Positions 22,859-33,800 of a stretch of DNA of 64,000 bases are shown piece after piece (the first letter of the stretch is position 1; each line of letters begins with the position of its first letter). The DNA lies in assembly GCA_950097015.1 (NCBI GenBank), contig CATNEN010000031.1, positions 310,001 through 374,000 on the forward strand. The letters are read 5' to 3'. The position numbers and the translations under genes are program-made. This DNA is from Macrostomum hystrix (taxonomy: Eukaryota > Animalia > Platyhelminthes). The notes below the pieces were generated by a model. That model did not search any database. It worked only from the letters and a program-made list of their open reading frames with translations, and had not been told where the DNA came from.

Positions 22859-23560
22859 CTAATCCAACCGCAACCGTTGACGTCTTTGACGCCTGAAATC
22901 AACGGAAGCTGACGGCAATGAAGATCTTCGATGCTTTGTCAGCAGGGTCGCTGGTGTCTGCGTCGGCGCTCCCGTATGATCTGGGAGTGCCTCTAGGCCG
23001 TTGTCAGTCGGCGGCGGCTCCCAGCAGCCGCACCTGTTGATGCGGCACCAGAGCGCCGCGCCCCAGACTGAGCCACCTACAATGGCCGCTGTGCCGACAG
23101 CGAGCAGCCAGGCGCCAGCCAGGCCCAGCCGAGCCACCACCGCGGCGGTTCTCGACGCGTCTGGCAGGTGCCGGTCGCTGTCCCTCTGGCCCAACAGAGC
23201 CGCCCTGTACAGACAGCTGATACCGGCGATGATTAGCGCGGCGCCAAGCAGGGCGCAGGTGGCGCACTTCAGGTAGGCCCGCCGCTCCGCCCTGGGATGC
23301 CGCTCCCTGCCAGCCGAAGGAATCTCGCCGCAGGCTGCGTAGTGCGATGAGGCGTAGAGGCTGCACGTCGACGATCGGTCCAGAGCGGACGTCGACGAGA
23401 TGCGCCGACCCAGTAGACCGCCGGACTCGGCCGCGGCACTAGGCGAGGCGGCCGGGCTGTATGCGGGCGCAGGCAGGTGGCGAATGATGTCGCATGTCGG
23501 AGCCTGGACGGAGCGCATTTCGATGGAGCAGCCCTGGGGAAACGCTGATCTGTGAAGCAT
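22859..23560 (-). CDS. Hypothetical two-transmembrane protein, single exon, 233 aa
   Basis: GC-rich ATG-to-stop ORF with codon style like neighbouring genes; two hydrophobic segments (CATCALLGAALIIAGISCLY and LGLAGAWLLAVGTAAIVGGSVWGAALW) flanked by S/P/R-rich tails. Confidence 0.6.
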   Translation of the reverse strand: MLHRSAFPQGCSIEMRSVQAPTCDIIRHLPAPAYSPAASPSAAAESGGLLGRRISSTSALDRSSTCSLYASSHYAACGEIPSAGRERHPRAERRAYLKCATCALLGAALIIAGISCLYRAALLGQRDSDRHLPDASRTAAVVARLGLAGAWLLAVGTAAIVGGSVWGAALWCRINRCGCWEPPPTDNGLEALPDHTGAPTQTPATLLTKHRRSSLPSASVDFRRQRRQRLRLD

Positions 23561-24472
23561 CTACAAGCGAGAGGACGCTGGGTCCACTTCAGCTCATCAT
23601 ATAGTGATGGAGGGCGACGATGCGGTGGACTTGATCGATCGGCTCCACTCAGGACTGCGTGCGTCACTAGGCACACAAGGCTCACTTCTAGCCAAGCACA
23701 TGAGACCTCGAGTTGAATCGCTAAGTGCTCGAGTCGAACGCATTAGTCTAATTTGTACTTCAATCGAGGATCATGGTAGAGAAGTTCTTCAGATCAGATG
23801 GGAAGAAAGGAAAATTGTAGATCGCGTACCTAAATCTTTAATGACTAGTGCATTGCAAGCATTCCACCAGGTCAGAGGTTTTATAACCAACTATCCATCA
23901 GTAGCCAGATTACCCCAATTAGTGCCTACAGTTATCTACTGACCCATGCGTCTCACTGAACACTGTGTGAATAGGGTTCGGCCATAGACGAAGATGCATA
24001 GGAGTGGTAGGGTAGCTCCCACTTTGCTCCTTAGCAGTAGAAAGATCACGCTATATTTCCCCCTGTGAAAAGATTACGGGGGTATTTTAAAATGCCCACT
24101 GCCTACTTCACGATTTACTGGCTGGCAAGTTGGCTTCCGATGGGCTTCCAAGGACTTAGATAGGCGTTTCAATTCATCTCCAAGTGCACCGCGGTCTCTG
24201 CTGGTCTCGCATCACATTCACCTGGTCGTTCCTGACCTCAACTCCGATTCCGGTAAGTCAAACGCATTTTTTTGCGAACAAACAATGCTCCTAGAGCTAA
24301 TGTTAGATTCGGGGCGTTGGTCTCTGAGTTGATTCCACACAATGATCCAGGCCGATACCTGCGGTGTCATTATGTGTGAATTTGGTCACTCAGGAATCAC
24401 TGCATTTTGAATTTCAAGGTTTACAAATTCAAACCAATCCTTTAATTAGTTCCCACGTATACCTATTTGTTT

Positions 24473-25685
24473 ATCAGATTGAGTTTATCAGTTTAAATTG
24501 AGTTTATCAGTTTAAATTGAGTTGATCAGATTCTGAATTGAGTTTATCAGATTCTGAATTGAGTTTTTCAGATTCTGAATTGAGTTGATCAGATTCTGAA
24601 TTGAGTTGATCAGATTCTGAATTGAGTTTATCAGATTCTGAATTGAGTTTATCAGATTCTGAATTGAGTTTATCAGATTCTGAATTGAGTTGATCAGATT
24701 CTGAATTGAGTTCATCAGATTCTGAATTGAGTTGATCAGATTCTGAATTGAGTTTATCAGATTCTGAATTGAGTTTATCAGATTCTGAATTGAGTTTATC
24801 AGATTCTGAATTGAGTTGATCAGATTCTGAATTGAGTTTATCAGATTCTGAATTGAGTTTATCAGATTCTGAATTGAGTTTATCAGATTCTGAATTGAGT
24901 TTATCAGATTCTGAATTGAGTTTATCAGATTCTGAATTGAGTTGATCAGATTCTGAATTGAGTTTATCAGATTCTGAATTGAGTTGATCAGATTCTGAAT
25001 TGAGTTTATCAGATTCTGAATTGAGTTTATCAGATTCTGAATTGAGTTTATCAGATTCTGAATTGAGTTGATCAGATTCTGAATTGAGTTTATCAGATTC
25101 TGAATTAAGTTTATCAGATTCTGAATTGAGTTTATCAGATTCTGAATTGAGTTGATCAGATTCTGAATTGAGTTTTTCAGATTCTGAATTGAGTTTATCA
25201 GATTCTGAATTGAGTTTATCAGATTCTGAATTGAGTTTTTCAGATTCTGAATTAGGTTTATCAGATTCTGAATTGAGTTTATCAGATTCTGAATTAAGTT
25301 TATCAGATTCTGAATTGAGTTGATCAGATTCTGAATTGAGTTGATCAGATTCTGAATTGAGTTGATCAGATTCTGAATTGAGTTTATCAGATTCTGAATT
25401 GAGTTTTTCAGATTCTGAATTGAGTTTATCAGATTCTGAATTGAGTTGATCAGATTCTGAATTGAGTTTATCAGATTCTGAATTGAGTTGATCAGATTCT
25501 GAATTGAGTTGATCAGATTCTGAATTGAGCTTATCAGATTCTGAATTGAGTTTTTCAGATTCTGAATTGAGTTTATCAGATTCTGAATTGAGTTTATCAG
25601 ATTCTGAATTGAGTTTATCAGATTTAGAATTGAGTTTATCAGATTCTGAATTGAGTTTATCAGATTTAGAATTCAGTTTATCAGT
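24473..25685. repeat. 21-bp AT-rich minisatellite, ~57 copies
   Basis: Unit tcagattctgaattgagttta. Confidence 0.95.
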
Positions 25686-28433
25686 TTATGTTGGAATGCC
25701 AAGGATATGGAAGACAAATTCTGCTTATAGATATCCACCTGTAAAATAGAGATCTATCTGTTAGACAGGAAATTCACTATTTGACAGGATAATCCGCATG
25801 TAAGACACGATAATCCATCTCTTTAACACGTTAATCCAGCTGTTAGACACAATAATCCACCTGTTAAACAGAATAGTCCACCCGTAGGACACGATAATCC
25901 CTCTGTCATATACGATAATCAATCAATAGATAGTTTATAAAGATTTATAGGTTGCAGTTGCTGCACTAACAATTAATTCAAAGAATAGTGGAGCTGTTGC
26001 TTTGCGTTTATAGGGCTTCTACTTATTCTCTTTCGTGGAATGTGCTCTGGTGGCATTCTTCACTGTATATTCTTAGTTCACTTTGTAAAATGTTGCTTAA
26101 AAGAAATACAGTTTTCTGAGCCAACTTTCTAGCAAACAATTTTTCTTCTTCAAAGTTTCTGATCTGTTGCATAGAAATACTAGTCCTGGGTCTACTGATT
26201 CGCGAAACACGATTAAAAAAGAGAAAGTAGAAAAAATAAGCATTTTGACTATCGAAACGCATGTGCTCAATGAATAGACAAATAGGAATACGTGGGACAT
26301 ATCGGATAGTTTAAAACACGGAAACAATGGTTCTTCTCTCATGCTTTCACGCCATGCTCAAATAGATGCATTAGTAAACTGCAGAATTTTTTATAAGACA
26401 AGCCGAATAAAATTAAATTAGCAATTTTCCTGGCGCAGCTGTAAATTGAGGGTCGATCAAAGCGCTTTTAGTCAGAAACTAAGAACAGTTTTTCGCTTGC
26501 ACGGGGCTTCGTGGCCCAGCTCAACGCAGCCAGTCGTCAGTGCTCACTGTTCCAGTACATCAACGTGTGCCACCTCATTGATGGACTAGCTAACGATGGG
26601 ATCAGCTTACCATCGCATGGCTGTGACGCATATGCCAATCCGACCGTCAGGTTCATGTCCAACAGCAGGCTGCTCACGAGTGCTGCAGGCTCCAAGCCTG
26701 GAAGATGAGCGAAGACGTTGAGTCCAGCCGGAACAACTTGGTGTGCGGCCAGACACAGCAGTGGAAGTCTGAGGCTGTGGAATTCAGGTTCTATCTATCT
26801 ATCTATTCAGGTTTGAGGCAGAATCGACAGGCCGGTAAAAGTCTGTGTTAGAGAGTTGCCTGAAAGCTTCAATAATGTACGCAGCCCTATATCAATAACG
26901 ACCATGCTGTTATATATCAATAACAGCATTTTTCCGCTGGTTTGATGACAATGCTGCGGCTGTTTTTGGAGATTCTGCAGCGCTTGTTTATCGGCTGGTT
27001 GCAGGTTGGTTCTATTGAAGGATAGCGGCTGTGGAAGGCGGAGATTGCTGGCAATGGGTTCAGCTTTTGCACGTGGGGATCTCTGGTATTCTATGGCAAA
27101 TCCATATTGGTTCAAAAAATGGAAAAAATGCAATTTAATCAACATACAATAATTAACAATGATAGTCGACATGGTTAGATGACGAAATTTTGTGAGATTC
27201 CAATATTGCTGCTTTTTGCCACCAGACACCCCGAATATCTCCACGATGCCGATGTTTTGTGATTCTGGAAGTTGTTTAATCGGATTTCAGCCCGAGTTCA
27301 GCATTTTCACAGCGATTGGTTGAATATTTTTAAAGGTACAGGAAAAAGAAAAATGTGGGTATTTGAAGCGCACCCGTGGTATTTCTATTGTTAATAGCTC
27401 GCACTAAAGGATCCACCATCCTCTGATTATAATCCAAGAATTCAGTCCCCAAACCTGACTGTCCAGTTGTTCAACGATACTGCTGAATCCAGATTGTCCA
27501 AAGTGTAGTTTGGGTGCGTTTGGATGAAGGCTATGAAAGAGTAAGGCTGCATGCCATTTTCCTGACAGCACATTTATTATTATTTAATAAGGCCGCGCCT
27601 ACAAATGCAAATAATGTCAGTCCGAGTGACCGATTTTCCTCGCTGATTGATTGTGTCGCATTGCATTCTATTAATACCTTTGATACCTTGGCTAGCCAAG
27701 ACAACCAGAGCAGTCTATAACACGGAGATTAGCCTATTTCTATATTAGCTACTCCATAAAGACAATAAAACAGGTGAGGATGTGTTTGCCGACTGCCGAT
27801 TGGAATGTGACACAGAGAATATTCATTGCAATGGCATTGGAAGCGTTGGCGTAGGCGTGCTCATTATATTTCTGGCACCTCAAAGAACAGAAAAACAGTT
27901 AGGGCACTGAAAAGATTGCACAGATTAAGCGACTTTTACTTTAATAAATAAATAAAATATCACACTAACCGCTAAACCATTAAAATGTTAAATAAATTAA
28001 ACATGCAAATCAATCAAAATCTAAAATACCTTTACTGTAACAGAGTAGAGAAACAAAAAGTAACACAAAAATCTTCCTTTTATCAATGCTTACCAGGTAG
28101 AATGTTGGCCGTATTGTGCGAAAGTATAGACAATTTGTAATATAAAATAAAACTGAACTTTTCCTGCACCTCTTCAGTCTGCTTGTGGCTTGTGAGATTG
28201 TAGAAGAGTCTTCCAGGCCAGATCCTGGAAGCGGAGACCGGCGTCACGGAGTGGTGACACAATGACAGGCGGGAAGGACTAGAGAGAGAATGTGACGGAG
28301 AGATGCAAAAGTCCTATGGTCCATTTATGGTAGATTTGTAAAATTACGTAAAATCTGCAAATATCTAGGAGACAGAGTGCCTAGCTGCCCTCACTTCAGG
28401 ACAGGGCAAATCCCTGACTGCACAGCAGAGGCC

Positions 28434-29502
28434 TCAGTCGCCCGAGTCACCTTCGAAATTGGTGATGCACTGCAGGCTGTTCTGGCTGAACCAGTCGGCC
28501 CATTGCGCAGACATCAGCTGATGATAGAAGGGCGTCAACGGCAGCTGTACAGCCAGGCAGCCGTGAAACGGTGGCTCCGACGGCAGCAGGGCGGCCGGCA
28601 CACTGGCATGGAGGGCGGCAACATCGTCGCCGTGATTGTGCACCCGGTCAGCCAGCTTGTTGGGCAGCAAGGCGGAGGCCACGCGGCAGGTGGTGTTAAA
28701 GAACCGGCCGCCTCGAACTACGTTGAGCGCGCAGACTCGCACTGGCAGGGCTTTGTGTACGACGGCGCGGAAGCGGCGAAAGTAGCGCATATCCAAGCGG
28801 CGGATGTGACGCAGGGCCAGGCCGGACATGTCCAGGACCACAGACACTCCGCACACCTTGGTAAGTGCGGAGATTTTTCATATCAAAGCATTGGGTTCTG
28901 GATTTTGATAGTTTCTACATTTCCTGGGCAAATCTGTAGTTTTTTCACTCCCATTTCTCCCTCACCTGCGTGTCCTCCTCCTCCAGGAGGGCCTCCATAA
29001 CAACGCAGGTAGCCCGCACCAGCTCGGTGCTGGAGTATTTGGCGCAGTCCCATTGTCCCAGTCGGTAAAGAACAATACGTCTGCCTTCAGCGTCGCGATG
29101 CGGCAGCACCACCAGCACGCCATCCTCCAGCACCAGCCGCACGCCTGCCGGCCCGTAATCATTGAAGACGTCAGGAAATTTGCGTCGAACGCGCAGGTAG
29201 GACCGAATGCGTTGAAGGGCGCCATCGACGTGGAATTTTCGATGACGCAAGAATTTTAGTAGGAAAGCGTCATCAGTGCGGCAACGCATCGATGTGTCAG
29301 CCAACACTGCAGCGCGCAGAGCTGCTAGAGTGGCCACTCGGGTCTCAGGCGTCTCACCTAGCTCCTCTTCGGCACGACGACGAGCTGCATCTGACAGGCT
29401 GCATGAATACTGCTGCTGCTGTTGCCGAGCGCCAGGCGCCGATAGCTGAGTGGCTGTGGCTGTTTCAGACTGCAAAAAAGTGTTAAAAATCAATTGGCTC
29501 AT
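28434..29502 (-). CDS. CRAL-TRIO lipid-binding protein (alpha-tocopherol transfer protein-like/clavesin family), 2 exons, ~319 aa
   Basis: Exons 29502-28966 and 28856-28434. CRAL-TRIO_N motif AEEELGETPE...RTDDAFLLKFLRHRKFHV; lipid pocket RDAEGRRI, ETQV-type EEEDTQVCGVSVVLDMSG, PVRVCALNVV, RVHNHG and LLPSE. The real 5' end may be the acceptor at 29470. Confidence 0.9.
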
Positions 29503-30873
29503 ATCAGTTAAATAATACTATTAAAAAACAAGAACATAAAAGTAAATTGCTTCGACTAAATTAAAAACATCCCATATTTCCCATTGAATAATTGCATGCA
29601 AGCATATCCTATAGTAAAATATAAGGAAGTTGATAAAGCAGCTATATTTGTGTGGTTTACCAACATGAATATAAAAGTTTATATTTTAATTTTTTTACTG
29701 TATAAGTAAAAATAAGTATAAGTAATAACTGTTACTTTTTTAGTTAGAAAGGAAACAACTAAAGGCACAACCGAACTTTTAAATTGATATTCATAAAACT
29801 TTAACTAGATTATAAGCTATCAACAAAAACTCAAGTTATATATGATAGATTAACAGATATATGATTATAAGTGAACATGTAGTATGTTGTATGTGTGTAA
29901 AAATACTTAGCAAAGCTAATAGTAACATGTAAAGTATAACATGCGTTTTATTACATATTATATTATATAAATGTATATGCTGTTGCATTCTAATAGTTTA
30001 TTTTAAATATTAAATTTTATTTACATATGACATAATGAAACATTCTGCATGGTATACATAATTAATTCTAAATTCTTAAAATTGTTTTCATCTTAAACAT
30101 CGTTAAAGAGACAATAAGTATGTCTATTTTTATGTTATATTTATTTATAAATTACATACAAAGCATACTTGTAGTGTTTTACATGCTAAATGGTTTAGTA
30201 AAGGCTCTATAGCTGGCTGACAAGGATTTTATTTTATTCATTAAAATAATGTTTCCAATCTTTGTTGTTTAAAGACACTATAAATGAATATTCAAAAACA
30301 TAGCGACTGCAAAATGAAATCATCAAATTCTTATTCATTTTTACAATACTGTAGATTATTTTATTTTTATAGCCATTTCAAAAGACGTGTGTAACGATGC
30401 AAAAAAGTTGGATAAGCATTTGATAAAATGTCGCTTAAGCAGCATTGAATTATTAATTTACCAGAAGTAAAGTGTAATATAAAATCGCTGATTATTGACT
30501 AGTTAAGTTGACTTTAGCTTAATTTACTTCCTTAAGTCCTTACTCGTTTGCTAAAATGCTCTGGCGGCTCTAGTGACAAAATTATTGGAAACATTTAATA
30601 AAACCGATAACTTTAAAAACTTTTAGCGATTGCAATACACTATTATAACAAACAAGAAAACGTTTACACTTTGTTTTCGTAAGTTGAATATAATTTAGCA
30701 AAAAAAATGTTTTGTTATCTAGAATATCTTATTTTTGTGTACAGGATTGTCATTTAAATCTAAATACTTTCGCGTTATTGACTATAGAATGATTTCAAAT
30801 TTCTCGTACTCGTAAAAAAGCTCACAAAACTCTATACATTTTTACAAAGCGACCAATTCAAAAGAAGAATGAT

Positions 30874-33800
30874 ATGGCTTTCGAAAGCCAAACGTCTTAT
30901 AATACCAATCTGAGGCGAATTGGTGGCATGGATGATTCGAAAATTTCAAGGTAGTTGAAAATAGTTTATGTACTATCTAATAGTAATATATGTACAGTAA
31001 TATGAAATTATAGATTTGAGCTAAATTATCAATATTCAAGTAAAAATATATTTTTTATGAAAACAAAGCAGACACTAAAAAAGAGACATCCTTCATTGCC
31101 ATCATTTTTGTTATTTTACATTGATTAGAAAACGCCGAATTGTTTTTTTCACTTGAGGGATATTTGGCACTGTCAACCAGTGAAAAAGTTGCTTGTCTAC
31201 TCGTACTTCCAGGGTGACTTTTACACGTCCGAGCCACCTGCATAGCATTGAGGACGCAAATGCACTCCGGCTGCGAATTAACCGCGTTAGCCTCGTTCAG
31301 CAGCTGAACGTCGATCCGGTCATTGAGTATCTGAAGAAGGAGAAAATACTTAACGATGCCGATTTAAAACTGATTAAACGAGGGAGCTCAAAGGCTGATC
31401 AAACAAGAGTATTGCTTGATATCTTACCAACAAAAGATCAGCATACACAATGGTATATGAAGTTTCGGTGAGTGCATGCAAGCGCGTAACGAGTGCGTAA
31501 TAGTAAAAAAGCTGAATACAATGATAATTGTGGCAACGTCTGAATTAAAACTTTGATTTTCGAACAATTTCAGCGAGGCTCTACAGCTGACGGGTGAGCT
31601 TGACTCAGCCACACAACGGATGCACGCAATGCTCGTGGCATTCTTGGATAACACAATCGTTCAGCGACCACTTCAGATGCCAACAGCCGCTTCAAAGCAG
31701 CGGCAGAAGCAGCACCTGGCAAGCGGTAAGCGTCAGCTGGTGCAGGTTCTGCCCGGAATTCCGGCATCGGATGAATCGTCAGCTGACACTGTGGAGTCGG
31801 CTTCGCACAAAGTCCTGTGGAAGGAGCTGAAGGTGGCGTCTAATTTGTCACCGGTTTCAACTGATCTGCCGGCGGCGTGTCGAGACCGGCTGGCCGAGCT
31901 GCCATCCGAGCTGGTTGCGGCGTACAGGCAAGCAGCTGGACAAATTGGGCTTTTTAACTACTGATACTGGCGGGAGTTTGAATTTTAGCCCTGTCATTCG
32001 AGCTTAGGTCAGTTCAAGGGAAGGTGTGGTTAACGGGAGGGATGTGTGGCGGCCCGCCCCAGTCCATGGACTAAACCCAGCCTTTGGAAGACAATCAAGC
32101 TCGACAAGGCTGTCAGACATCAATTTCCAAAGTCGTTAACCCACTGACGCCATGCAGGGCATGGCACACAGACAAGGCCAACTCCATGCTGCGCCGGGAA
32201 CAGGAAGTCCTGAAGCGAGTTCGAGCTGCAGATCAATTTCTCGCCCGCCTGACATCGTCGGGCAGCTCGGCTTCTGGCAAGTCGACGACCTGTCCGCAGC
32301 TCTTATGCCTTCACTCGCCGGTGAAGCGGCTGCTGAAGGACGCGCGCCACTCGCACATGGCCAACAAGCATTTCCACCTGCTGTCCAGCCGCTACCTGGT
32401 CTCACTGGCGCCGGCCCTCGCCACGTCCTACATCGTCCTGGTTGGCCGGTTCTCCGGCTGGTCCCCGTTCGCCGCTCGCAAGCTGGCCAGGCACGGCTTT
32501 CGCCTATTCGACTTCCTCGAAGGCCTGTGCGAATTTAGACTATGCGAGCTGGTGGCAGCCGCGCTCGCTGAATTCGCAGCCAGAGGCGCCGGACTCGCCG
32601 CTCTGGTGCCCGGCTTCAAGGCCAGCGTCCGTCTGATGGAGGCGCGGCTCAACAATGCCCAACTGGCGCTGGCTGATGCCGCCAGACTGGCTGCTAGCGA
32701 AGCCGCCGGACGAATCACTCGACTGTCCTTCGGCCGGGAGCTGCTGAACCAGTCGGAGCTGATGGCGCTGACTGGCCGGCTGCTGCTGGAGCAGGGCAGC
32801 CTCCTGCCGGCGCAGACCTGCTTTGCCACGGCTGTCAATGCAAGTGCTGACAATTTCATGGGCTGAATCGGTGGTTCTGAGTTCGGTTCGTTAAAAAAGA
32901 CTTACGAATCATTTCATTACAATGGACCCAATTACAGAAGGTGGATCTGACAGATATGAACACGGTGTTCAAAGTGCTGTACTATTCTCTAGACGTGTAC
33001 CTGGTGAGATACGAAGAGATCAAAGCGGAAAAGCTGGCAGTTGCCTGCGTTCAGCACGCTATGTAAGCCTTCTTTTGTATTCTGTGATTCCGATATAAAT
33101 CATTTGGTTGCCATGGCTACAACGAAACGACCATTTACGTCCTTTTCAGCAAGTTTTTCAAGCCCCACTCGCCGCAGTACGTTAAGGCTCTGCTGAACTA
33201 CGTGAAATTCTCAAACACCTTCAAAAGGGACGCATTCGGCGTGGAAGTGGCCACGGTAATATGCTCCACAAAGGCTCTTGAATTATCGACAAAATGATCC
33301 CAAATCCTTTCAATAAGTAGATAAACAGAATCCCTCATTCTCCCAGCATGTCGATTAATAGAATCCCTAATTCTCCCATCATGTCGATCAACAGAATCCC
33401 CAATTCTCGCAACATGTCGATCAACAGAATCCCCAATTCTACCAACATGTCGATCAACAGAATCCCCAATTCTACCAACATGTCGATCAACAGAATCCCC
33501 AATTCTACCAACATGTCGATCAACAGAATCCCCAATTCTACCAACATGTCGATCAACAGAATCCCCAATTCTACCAACATGTCGATCAACAGAATCCTCA
33601 ATTCTACCAACATTTCGATCAACAGAATCCCCAATTCTACCAACATTTCGATCAACAGAATCCCCAATTCTCCCAACATTTCGATCAACAGAATCCCAAA
33701 TTCTCCCAGCAATTCAATCCCCCACCGCCACCAGAACGCCGCCCTGTTCGCCCACACGGTGATGGGCTACGAGCACCCGCTGCTGGCCGAGGCCCAGTCC

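Noticed and set aside
23604-23942. 112-aa plus-strand ORF head-to-head with the 2-TM gene
   Set aside because: No motif recognised, codon style differs from neighbouring genes, and only 44 bp separates it from the opposite ATG.
26490-27260. GC-richer island with possible exon fragments (ORFs 26511..26708 and 26807..27244)
   Set aside because: I could not build a consistent spliced frame on either strand or recognise a domain; unresolved.
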